Shown here: in pieces, positions 24,953 to 35,589 of the stretch
Layout of the letters: each line of letters opens with the position of its first letter
Numbering within the stretch: the stretch's first letter is position 1
Origin: Octopus sinensis
Lineage: Eukaryota
Reading direction: 5' to 3'
DNA length: 41,013 bases
Assembly: GCF_006345805.1 (NCBI RefSeq)
Contig: NW_021835300.1
Location: forward strand, 1 to 41,013
Made by a program: the position numbers and the translations under genes
Notes under the pieces: model-generated
What the model saw: the letters and a program-made list of their open reading frames with translations, nothing else
Told to the model about the DNA's origin: nothing
Databases searched by the model: none

Positions 24953-25267
24953 CAGTAGTTTTATTTTTATAGCGTGCTTTCACTTCACTACCGAGCGCAG
25001 CTCTGTGTGTCTTGGGTATGTGCTGTGATTTGTTGTGATGCTCTGATGGTTACTGTATTGAAAGTGTTCTGCGTAGGATGTGTGCAGTGCCTAGCAGTGC
25101 AATTTTCTGTATGTTATATGTGTTTGTAAGTCCTGGTGTCTGAATATTTTTTTATCGTGCCTAATGCACCTACTATGATAGGAATTGTTTCTGTTTTTAG
25201 ATTCCACATTCTGGTTACCTCTATTTCCAGGTCTTTGTATTTTGAAAGTTTCTCCATTTCTTTTAGA
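24953..25267 (-). mobile_element. Severely 5'-truncated R4/Dong-clade LINE 3' end
   Basis: Translates LKEMEKLSKYKDLEIEVTRMWNLKTETIPIIVGALGTIKKYSD..PGLTNTYNIQKIALLGTAHILRRTLSIQ* (stop 25050-25052), ~100-bp 3'UTR, then (TAA)n. Confidence 0.9.
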
Positions 25268-25408
25268 TCACCACCATCCCTGCCGGAGCCTCGTGGAGCT
25301 TTAGATGTTTTCGCTCAATAAACACTCACAACGCCCGGTCTGGGAATCGAAACCGCGATCCTACGACCGCGAGTCCGCTGCCCTAACCACTGGGCCATTG
25401 CGCCTCCA
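25268..25408 (-). mobile_element. R-type SINE 5' part
   Basis: Nearly identical to 35365-35502; tRNA head TGGAGGCGCAATGGCCCAGTGGTTAGGGCAGCGG..GGTTTCGATTCCC. Confidence 0.9.
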
Positions 25409-25766
25409 CGGCTCATCTGCTGGTATTGATACATCAATTAGAAAGCATTTTTTTCTTCATGATCTCTGACAACTATAACTGGTCTGTTGGCCTTAATTTC
25501 TCTATCTGTGTGTATTGGCATATCCCAGAGTTATTATTCTATGTTTGACTTTTGCTTTATATTTGTATAAATTGGCTCCAAGTCTCACCAGAGACCTCAA
25601 GAGACAACAGGTTGGAAGTTCACGTTGTTGTTATGCCTAGTGTGCCCTATATTTGTTTGTTTTTTTGGTGTTGTACTAGTGAATGTCTAAAAAAAAAGAA
25701 AAAAAAGAAAATTATGTTTGTTTTAAACCTTGAGATTACATAGAAAGTATTTTGCGTAGGAAACCC

Positions 25767-25823
<57 letters not shown>

Positions 25824-25824
<1 letters not shown>

Positions 25825-27460
25825 TTTTTTTTTTCTTCTTTCAAATTTTCTTCTATTTCTTGCCGAGTGTCTTCCCGACTCCTAGGGCAAAGAAACTCAT
25901 AGTGTATATTGGTAGGCCATTAAACCAAACTCAGAAGTTCGTTCATTTTTTAAATTTTTTTTTTAAGTTAGATTAAAATACATGAGCAGCAACAGTTCTC
26001 ACATCGACAATGCTCTTCTCAATACGTGTGATGTACCAGTTAAGACAATCTTTTGCACTTCTTGCAGGGATGGTAAGCCAGGGATCATTCTCATATAATT
26101 TTCGGTTCCCTTCTTGATCATTCCTAGTGCTCCTACGATCACTGGTATTGTAACCGCCTTGAGATGCCACATTTCTCAATTTCAATGAGTAGGTCTTTAT
26201 ATTTTCTGAGCTTGTCAAACTCTTTCGCTGAGATATTATGATCACAGGGGATGCTCATGTCGATCAATAAGCAAACTTTATTGTTTTGGTCTTTCACAAC
26301 AATATCTGGTTTATTGGCCTTGATGGTTCGGTCTGTATGTACTGGAAAGTCCCACAGAATGGTTACATTTTCTCCTTCAGTTACAGCCTCAGGGTGGTGA
26401 TTATACCACTTGTCGGCAGTTTTGATATTGTAATGCCGACTTATTAGCCAGTGTAGATATTGGCCAACTCTGTCATGTCTTAATTTATACTCCACTGGTG
26501 CTAAGACTTTACATCCAGAGATTAGGTGGTCCACTGTTTCAATCATGTCGTTGCAGAATCGGCATTTTGGGTCTGCTCCATTTTTCATCACATTGGCCTG
26601 ATAGTTCCGGGTTAATAGGCTTTGGTCTTGAGTAGCCAGGATGAAACCTTCGCTCTCTGCTTTTAGCCCTGAGCTCCGCAGCCACTGATGGGTTTGCTTC
26701 TGGTCAACATCAGCTTGTTTGCTGCGGGTCACATATTTGCCGTGCAGAGGTTTCTCCTCCCACCTATCAGCCAATTGCTCGTGCGCTTTTTTCATTGCCA
26801 TCATTTTCACCTTCTTTGCAACAATAGTTGCCGTACTTCCCTCGAGTTGTTCAGTTTGGGTATCCTGCACGAGATCAATAGCAAATTTTTTGCTTTCCTT
26901 GATGATAGAATGAAGCTTCTTTCGTCTCTCGTGATTTTCCACGAGCTTTAGCATCCAGTCATTCGATATTTCGAGATATTTGGCCAGTCCAATTGTGGTT
27001 GTTTTGTAAGCTAGTTCAAATTGGATCAGGCCTCGACCTCCTTGGGCTCTGGGAAGGTAAAGGCGATCTACGTCTGCCTTGGGTGGTGCATCCTATTACA
27101 CTCAGCAGCTTGCGTATTTTTTATCTATATTCTTTACTTCACTCATATTCCAGTTCAACACATTGTAGCTATAAGTAACAACTGGAACTGCTAAGGAATT
27201 TATAGCTAACACCTTGTTACGTGCATTTAGTTCAGATTTCAGGACTGCACGAACTCTCCTATAACATTCCTTCCTGATTTTCTCTTTCATGCTTGCATGC
27301 TGAATACCAGAGCCTTCATTTATCCCTAAATATTTGTATGTCTGTTCTTGCTAAGCTCTCTTATGACTGTGTCAACATCTAACACGACTGAATTTGTGGT
27401 CTTCACTTTCCTTTCTGGAAAGTGGCCTTGGCACACTTCTCAAGTCCAAACTCCATCCCG
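25824..27460 (-). mobile_element. Young 5'-truncated R4/Dong-clade non-LTR retrotransposon (RT C-terminus, CCHC, restriction-like endonuclease) inserted in (TAA)n
   Basis: GMEFGLEKC, TYKYLG, DVDRLYLPRAQGGRGL, PLHGKY, CRFCNDMIETVDHLISGC, RHDRV, KPDIVVKD..LLIDMSIP, KLRKYKDL, GTSHVLRRALSM* (stop 25999-26001); (TAA)n on both sides (25767-25823, 27461-27547). Confidence 0.95.
26139..26954 (-). pseudogene. Longest unbroken piece of the Dong-like ORF (271 aa; zinc knuckle plus PD..D endonuclease)
   Basis: ORF-track translation with CX2CX8HX4C and PD-(D/E)..K motifs; the frame is broken by -1 indels up- and downstream. Confidence 0.9.
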
Positions 27461-27473
27461 ATTATTATTATTA

Positions 27474-27522
<49 letters not shown>

Positions 27523-27770
27523 CATTATTATTATTATTATTATTATTACTAGTGGTGATGGTGGTGATTCTTGTTGTTGTGGTGGTAGTGGTGACAATAA
27601 TAGCAATAGCAGTTATCTGCCCAGTTGTGAAACAATATCGATCTGGGTAATCAACCAATTTTAATTAAGTTCGACCTCTTAATCCTCGTCTTCTTAATCA
27701 TGTTTGCTTATCATAGTTTCAATGCAATTCTCTCCTTATTCTTGCTTTTTTATCGTTGTCGCCTTTCATT

Positions 27771-27809
<39 letters not shown>

Positions 27810-28329
27810 GTGGTAGTAGTAGCATATGTTGTAATTGTGTTGGTTGTAGAATATTTCAATGGACACAATGCACCGTTCCCCTCAGTGTTGACCCCCACTT
27901 GACCCCTATCGTTATTAAGTGAGCTCCCTCTGCGACACAGCTCTCCCATTCGGCTGAAAGGGTTTAACACGACCTCACTGCACACCGAACCAGATCCTTC
28001 CCACTCATCATGAAGGCAGACCACAGCTGTTCCCTAATAAAAACCAAACCCGCTGGGCAATTGACCAGCCCCTCCTCATCTCTAATCCCGGTGAGCACCG
28101 AACCAACCTCAACCCCACGCCAACCCCCTCTTACCAATACACAAACCTCTCCGAGACACAACACCCACGCTTCTACATTTCCACTTCCTGTGTCGTCACA
28201 TGGACCTCTCTGGTTTTATTCAGAGCACTTTGTTATAGAGTACGCCATTAGAGTAATGTGTAAATGTACTCCTATAAAGGTAAACCCTCAAGAGTCCAGT
28301 AAACCCTCAAGAGTATAGTATCACCATGT

Positions 28330-28640
28330 GATACCATAGCACCACCACCACCACTACCACCACCGCCACCACCACCACTACCACCACCACCACCACCACA
28401 CCACCACTACCACCACCACCACCACCACCACCACTACCACCACCACCACCACCACCACCACTACCACCACTACAACCACCACTACCACCACCACCACCAC
28501 CACCACCACCACTATCACTACCACTACCACCACCACCACCGCCGCCGCCACCGCCAACACCACCACCACCACCACCACCACAACAACAAAACAACAATAA
28601 CAACAATAACAACAACAACAATAACAACATCAACAATAAC
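28330..28640. repeat. (CCA)n/(CTA)/(CAA)n microsatellite
   Basis: Direct reading. Confidence 0.9.
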
Positions 28641-28849
28641 ACTGCAACATTACGCCACTCCAGCGCAACACCACACAACCCCTGACACCACACCAGCTAA
28701 ATCTCCATAAATCATATCCTAACACCTTAAACGAGGAAAGGGCGCAATGGATTATGTAATTTAATAATAACCGACGCAAATGTTAGTTGGTCGGTTGGTT
28801 GGTTGATGTTCTCCTGTTACGCTTTGAGTCGTATAGACGAAGCAGGAGA

Positions 28850-28892
28850 GAGTGCAGGCTGAGTACAGGCTGAGTGCAGGCTGAGTGCAGGT
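28850..28892. repeat. 11-bp tandem repeat (GAGTRCAGGCT) x4
   Basis: Direct reading. Confidence 0.9.
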
Positions 28893-29004
28893 ACTAGGCT
28901 TCGTGAGAGAGAAGGGAAGGGGGAAGAGAGAGTGATAGAGCGAGAGAGAGAGAGAAGGAGAGAGGAATCTAACACGGTACGGTACCACATATTTTGATTA
29001 TTAA

Positions 29005-29330
29005 AACTTTCAGAAAAATATACATATTAATGAAATTTTGCAGAGATAGTTTTTTTTTCGGTGGAATAGATTGCGACGATGTTGGTAAAAATTTAGCTGA
29101 ACAATAATATGTTTATTGCAAATACACAAATGAGAAATTTATTTTATTTGATTTTATTTTGAAGTAATAAATATTTCTCTGTTTGAAAATTAGTATTCGT
29201 TTCATCATTTTGCGTAAATACCAAGAAATTTTATGGAAGTTCAGTTATAATTATTGTATGTATCTCAAATTTCCTGATATTACCCATGGTAGCTTAACAA
29301 TATGAGCTGGCGCTCTCAATCATAAAACTG
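29005..29330. mobile_element. Second copy of the unclassified AT-rich dispersed repeat (inverted vs 3770-4070)
   Basis: Colinear reverse-complement match to 3770-4070. Confidence 0.7.
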
Positions 29331-29863
29331 CTGCTTGGCCATGTTGATCGATTTTCCGAGTTAGATCCTGCTTACTGTGTTCTCTTCACTGAGGGTCCGG
29401 CTGGGTTGACGGCTCGTGATGGTCGACCACACGGTCAGGGCAGATGAAGAGGTGTCTGGCGGAGATGGGGACTGACCAGGACTCTGCTTGACGGGTTGCC
29501 CGGGAGGAACCGGGAATATGCCGACAAATGGGTGAATATAGCCACGTGTTGCAACGGCGCATTCGCCTACCCCTGACCTAACCCATGGTGGCAAGAGTAT
29601 ATTTCCAAAAGAACGTGTCATATCGACGGGTCTCGCGATCCCGTTGTCTGCCGGAAGATGGTAGGGGTTCACTCTTCTGCTAGTAACATGTGTGCATGCA
29701 CAGGGTGCAGTGCTGCACCGGTAACCAGCTGGTGGAGGATCTGCCTGGGGTTAAACTAATAGTAATAGGGAACAGACAATTTGATGTGGCGATTAACTTT
29801 AAACCATAATTATTGTATTAATACCATGGAATAATTATAATTTAGTGTCTGAATTAAAGGCAG

Positions 29864-30426
29864 ATGGTTGCGGCCGAAGCCGCGCAACCTTTAGTCACGG
29901 GTCCTCTCGATCGAGGTTTCCGGGCCTAAATACTTCAACCATCACCACCACCAACAACAGCTGCCATCCAAGAATTTGGACCTGGAGATCTCCATTTCCA
30001 GCGACTTCGAGGGCCACCTCCCAGTGGTGTCGGGCGTCAACGAAGAGCCCTCGACTACAACAAGACAACCAAAGTTATTTTTTCCAAGGTCTGGGGTCTC
30101 CCACCCCTAAACCCTAGACCATCACCCTTACCCGTCTTGTTGTTTAGCAACAACAACAACAACAACAACCAACAACAACAACAACCAACAACAACAACGA
30201 AGACGTCGACAATAACACCATCACCACCGCCACTACCACCACCACCAGCACCACCGCTAACAACGACAACAGCGTCGGCAGTGATAAGAACAATGACAAT
30301 AACAGCAACAACAACACCAACGACAACGATGTCTACAGCAATAGCAACAACAACCACAACCACACAAACAACGCCATTTTTCCTTCTCCCCGAACGTTAG
30401 AGTTTTGCATCTTCGATGACCTTTGA
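29864..30426 (+). CDS. Candidate terminal coding exon of an unidentified host protein, apparently frameshifted
   Basis: 23 of 27 codons at 29970-30050 end in G/C (KNLDLEISISSDFEGHLPVVSGVNEEP); a +1 C in CCC gives LDYNKTTKVIFSKVWGLPPLNPRPSPLP; the open frame 30148-30426 ends NNAIFPSPRTLEFCIFDDL*; no homology recognised. Confidence 0.4.
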
Positions 30427-30669
30427 TGGTGGCCAACTTTGGATTGATGCTATCATGTCGGCAGCATTTGAAAAGATTGGGTGTAAAATTTTTATTCAGT
30501 AATTTTCTTGAAGCAGTTTAAATAACAAAGGAAGACAACAGAAAATCAAACAAGAACCATTTTTAGCTGTGAAGAATTGTGAACCAATTCCAAGAGTTTA
30601 TGTATTCGACATTTGAGTTTTGCGGTCTTTTATCAAATTTATCACGGCATCTTAAATACACACCGTAGA

Positions 30670-30854
30670 TATTGAGAGGGAGGGAGAGAGAGAGAGAGAG
30701 GGGGGGGAAGAAAGAGAGAGAGAGAAGGCGGGAGAGAGAAAGAGAGAGAAAAGGTGGGACGGAGAGTGAGAGGGAGAGAAAGAATGAGACGGTGAAGGAC
30801 AGGGAGAGAGAAATACACACACGCACACACCAACCCACACATACGCACAGGAAC

Positions 30855-30885
<31 letters not shown>

Positions 30886-30905
30886 GGAGAGAGAGAGAGA
30901 GGAAT
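30670..30905. repeat. (GA)n-rich polypurine tract
   Basis: Direct reading. Confidence 0.9.
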
Positions 30906-31449
30906 TCACACGCATACGTACACATACAACCATGCATAGACAATCGAACACATACATGCACGAACGTTCACAGAGAGAAACAAATACATACACATTCTAC
31001 ACGCGTAACACGCATACTATACACACACATACACATATATCCACGCACGCACACTCACATTTAACCATATAATGAACACACACACACACATACACATACA
31101 CACACACACGCACACACACATACACTCCCATCCATACTCGAACAAACGTGAACACTGACACACAACGATCATAAACACACGCACACACATATACACGTGC
31201 ACATACAGCACACACACATGAACAGAGACTGCCAATTAATAAATACACACACACACACACACACACACATGTACACACACATACATATAAACACAAACAC
31301 TAGTACCAAAACACACAATAAAATATAAACATACAACAAACACCAAGGTAGGTACAAATATACACACACACACACAATATACACGCAATTATACGCAACG
31401 CACACCAATATCCGCATGTATACATACACGTAAATACCTTTTCTACTTA

Positions 31450-31600
31450 AGGGTCAAGGCTTGAAAATTGGCGGTGTGGGGAGTCGGGGTCGAAGGAGTA
31501 TTCGGTTACATCGACCCCAGTGTACATCTGGTACTTATTTTATCGATCCCAAATAGATGAAAGGCAAAGTCGACCTCGACGGAATTTGAACTCAGAACGT
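31450..31600 (-). mobile_element. M-type SINE, 5'-truncated
   Basis: TACATCGACCCCAGTG..GGTACTTATTTTATCGA..AAGGCAAAGTCGACCTCGACGGAATTTGAACTCAGAACGT. Confidence 0.85.
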
Positions 31601-31653
31601 ACACATACACACACACACAAACGTAATACGTATATGCAATTATCAATCCGCAC

Positions 31654-31989
31654 AAACTGACGTATACATAAACTGACGTATACACAAACTGACGTATACA
31701 TAAACTGACGTATACACAAACTGACGTATACATAAACTGACGTATACATAAACTGACGTATACACAAACTGACGTATACACAAACTGACGTATACATAAA
31801 CTGACGTATACACAAACTGACGTATACACAAACTGACGTATACATAAACTGACGTATACATAAACTGACGTATACACAAACTGACGTATACACAAACTGA
31901 CGTATACATAAACTGACGTATACACAAACTGACGTATACATAAACTGACGTATACATAAACTGACATATACACAAACTGACGTATACAC
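31654..31989. repeat. 16-bp minisatellite (AAACTGACGTATACAY) x21
   Basis: 21 in-phase units; last base C in 11 and T in 10; one G>A change in unit 20. Confidence 0.97.
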
Positions 31990-32067
31990 AACACGCCAAT
32001 AAACAGAGACACACGTGAATAAACATACATAAATATACGAAACAAACAAACAGATATATTCAAGCAT

Positions 32068-32222
32068 TCAAATTCCGCCGAGGTCGACTTTGCCTTTCAT
32101 CCTTTCGGGGTCGATAAATAAAAGTACCAGTCACGCACTGGGGTCGATGTAATCGACTTAATCCCTTTGTCTGTCCTTGTTTGTCCTCTCTGTGTTTAGC
32201 TCCTTGTGGGTAATAAAGAAAT
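32068..32222 (+). mobile_element. Young 5'-truncated M-type SINE with 14-bp TSD
   Basis: TCAAATTCCGCCGAGGTCGACTTTGCCTTTCATCCTTTCGGGGTCGATAAAT..GTGGGTAATAAAGAA; ATATATTCAAGCAT at 32054-32067 and 32223-32236. Confidence 0.92.
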
Positions 32223-32649
32223 ATATATTCAAGCATATACACACACACAAAGTATACTTATATCCATTCATACACATATAAATACATGCACACAAAAATA
32301 CATGCAACAGGGACACACACACACACACACATATACATACACATATACATACACACACTCAAACGCACACAAACGCACATAAATATAGACATAGGGACAT
32401 AAAAATGCAAACGTACACACGCACGTGCATAACAGAAACGCCTTAACCGGATGTGAACTATCCTTAAGGGGAGATAACATTTTAATTAGTACGTCTGATG
32501 TAGGGATTAAAGATGATCTTAAGAAATAGGCTATATCCGCTAATCCTCTTAAAGTCGATTAAGAAGGTTAGATGGCCTGGCAGCGGGAACGGAGCATGGA
32601 GTGGTGAAGATGTGCTGTATTAAACCTGGTGAAACTAACAGTTGTAATA

Positions 32650-32733
32650 ACACCTTAAGGTAATTCTCGGGTAGAGTCGGCGTGACACAATGTGACACAG
32701 CGTGACACAGCGTGACACAGTGTGACACAGCGT
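32650..32733 (-). repeat. 10-bp repeat (YGTGACACAR) x5 inside a decayed R-type SINE fragment
   Basis: CCTTAAGGTAATTCTCGGGTAGAGTCGG followed by CGTGACACAA TGTGACACAG CGTGACACAG CGTGACACAG TGTGACACAG. Confidence 0.7.
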
Positions 32734-33216
32734 AATATGGTGTGTGACAATGCTGTACGTCTGATATTACAGGTAGAACCCACCCGACGGGCTTCCATGC
32801 AATTTCCGTCTACGCACAAGGTTTGGGTTCAACCGAGGCAATAAAAAAAAGATATTTGCTTTAAAAAAACTACGCAGAGGGAACCCGAAGGGTGTTTTCA
32901 AGCTATTCGGGTATACTGCGCTTGCACACAGACACATGCATTCTGCAATTTCAAGCTGATGACTGTCAAATTGTTTATTCGTTTAAGGTTAAGGTTATTT
33001 AACAACAATGCGATTTCAGGTCAGTGGTAATCTGGCTGGCTGTGATAAACAGGCTGTCTGCGGGATGGGGGGGTACACACACACGCACAACATAGATATA
33101 TGTGTATATATAAATACCTACATGTATGTATATTATATATGTGTATATGTTATACACACACACATAACATAGATATATGTATACATATATATGAATATCT
33201 ACACACACACACACAT

Positions 33217-33260
<44 letters not shown>

Positions 33261-33399
33261 GTATAAGTTATATATACATACATAGTCACACACACAGTGC
33301 CTTATTACAATATTAAAAACTATAAATACATTTTTATGATAAAAACTGTGATTTCAAATTTACAATGAAAATTCTGGAATGACTTTCTTTTTTTTGTTC

Positions 33400-33773
33400 G
33401 TTTCAGTCATTTGACTGTGGCCATGCTGGAGCACTGCCTTCAGTCGAGCAAATCGACCCCAGGACTTATTCTTTGTAAGCCTAGTACTTATTCTAATGGG
33501 GACGTAAATACACCAGCATCGGTTGTCAAGCGATGTTGGGGGTCAAACAGACACACAAACATATATACACACACACACACACATACATATATATAGATAT
33601 ACATATATACGGCCGGCTTCTTTCAGTTTCCGTCTACCAAATCCACTCACAAGGCTTTGGTCGGCCCGAGACTATGGTAGAAGACACTTGCCCAAGGTGC
33701 CACGCAGTGGGACTGAACCCGGAACCATGTGGTTGGTAAGCAAGCTACTTACCACACAGCCACTCGTGCGCCT
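33400..33773 (-). mobile_element. K-type (OK-like) SINE, near full length with small internal deletion
   Basis: Reverse complement of 39528-39914 including tRNA head, CTTGGGCAAGTGTCTTC and internal CA/TA microsatellite. Confidence 0.92.
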
Positions 33774-34066
33774 ATTGGTTAAACTGATTTCTCATCACAC
33801 AGACACCTACACACACATAATATGCACATACGCACACACATGCATCTATATACGCACGGCTGCATACACCCATCTGCTGATATTTGTTTACACATGCGCA
33901 GACACGCGTAATACTTATGTATGCACTCACACACAAACACATACATGCATACGGACACACTCATTGTAACAATTAATTGCTAATTGAAAACTAATGAGAA
34001 AAATGACAAAACACGCGTAAATAAACACACACACAAGTGTAAACAAACACACATAAACACACATAG

Positions 34067-34134
<68 letters not shown>

Positions 34135-34337
34135 TACGCGCACACACACACGCAACAAAATAAGTGAAAAAGTAAAGAATTATATTGTTTGGCGTTCAAC
34201 TAACTTGTTGATGTTTTGGGGTGAATTCTGTGAATTTTAGTTCACCCAAATTAATAATTTTAATTAGAAATAGTCAAGATGTTTGGCGAATTTGGTCGAA
34301 GAGAATTGTGGAAGAACTTGGAGATAATATATTGCCT

Positions 34338-34450
34338 CGAAACGTGAAAGACTTTCTCACTTCCCGAGCGTTGAACCAATACATCTGTTTCGTGTTTACA
34401 CACCCGTCTTCGTCTTTTGTTTTTTTTTTTGTAAATTCTCATTATAATTA
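34338..34450 (+). mobile_element. Penelope-type terminal tail
   Basis: CGAAACGTGAAAG..CCCGAGCGTTGAACCAATACA..GTCTTCGTCTTTTGTTT..GTAAATT; matches 17325-17412. Confidence 0.55.
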
Positions 34451-34459
34451 AAGAAATAT

Positions 34460-34678
34460 TTGGTTTCCTATTTTTGCACAAGGCCAGTAATTTCGGGAGG
34501 GAAAGGGCTAAGTGGATAACATCGACCACAGTACTCAGCTGGTACTTATTTTGTTGACCCCCGAAAGGGATAAAAGGTAAAGTCGACCTCGGCGGAATTT
34601 GAACTCAGGATGTAAGGACGGAAGAAATGCCGCTAAGTCTTTGGTCCGGCGTGCTAACGGTTCTGCCAGCTCTCCACT
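34460..34678 (-). mobile_element. M-type SINE
   Basis: GGTACTTATTTTGTTGACCCCCGAAAGG..AAAGTCGACCTCGGCGGAATTTGAACTCAG..TTCTGCCAGCTC. Confidence 0.88.
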
Positions 34679-34689
34679 TTAACACGAAC

Positions 34690-34872
34690 AATAATATTGG
34701 TTTCAAATTTTGGCATAAGACCAGCAATTTGGGGAACGGATTTGAGTCGATTACATCGACCCCAGTATTCAACTGGTACTTATTTTACCGTCACCGAAAG
34801 GATGAGCGGCAAGGTCGACCAAGGTGGAATTGAAACTCAGAACGGGCTAACGAATCTGCTAGCTCGCCGCCC
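34690..34872 (-). mobile_element. M-type SINE with internal deletion, head-to-tail with 34460-34678
   Basis: AATATTGGTTTCAAATTTTGGCATAAGACCAGC..ACATCGACCCCAG..CTCAGAACG..GCTAGCTCGCCGCC. Confidence 0.85.
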
Positions 34873-35194
34873 TAACAATAAATGAAATATTAATAGAGGT
34901 ATGCCGTTCTGTGTGACCTCCACCCCTGAAGGAATCGTAGGAGTAGTTTCGTGACATCTAGCGATACTTGGGCAGTTTTAGACCTTACACAATCTATCTC
35001 TCACCAAATCTGTCGACAGCCGGCTATTTCCAGAAACTGTGAGATTGTTTATAGATTTGAGTATTTATTTATCGATCTTGAAAGGATGAAATGTATAGTT
35101 TACCTCGGTGTGATTCGAACTCCGAATGACTATCGCAAACCAATCTGTCTGACACCCTAACCACTCTCCTAACTGGCTGCATTAAAAGAAATAT

Positions 35195-35502
35195 CACCGT
35201 GATCACCGTGACCGACCAGGCTATCAGATGTTGCTACACATCGCTGGTCACAATGCACTTCGCATTGTATTAGCCTTCAAATGACGCCACCCCACTGGCT
35301 AAGCGAGCAGGCCAACAGAGGAAAGAGTGAGAGAAAGTTGTGGCGAAAGAGTACAGCAGGGAACGCCACCACCCCTGCCGGAGCCTCGTGGAGCTTTAGG
35401 TGTATTTGCTCAATAAACACATACAACGCCCGGTCTAGGAATCGAAACCGCGATCCTACAACCGCGAGTCCGCTGCCCTAACCACTGGGCCATTGCGCCT
35501 CC
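35195..35502 (-). mobile_element. R-type SINE, full length, alternative 3' tail, 11-bp TSD
   Basis: tRNA head ends at 35502; 3' end GGTCACGGTGATCACGGTG; AAAAGAAATAT at 35184-35194 and 35503-35513. Confidence 0.92.
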
Positions 35503-35589
35503 AAAAGAAATATATTATATGTTATATATAAAATTATAAATGTGTGGACTGGGATGCTTTATCACTTCTCAGAAGGAAGAAGATAGAGT

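Noticed and set aside
29361-29672. 103-aa minus-strand ORF in the GC-rich island
   Set aside because: GTG start and no recognisable domain; open frames are expected at this GC content. The region is kept as a non-coding finding.
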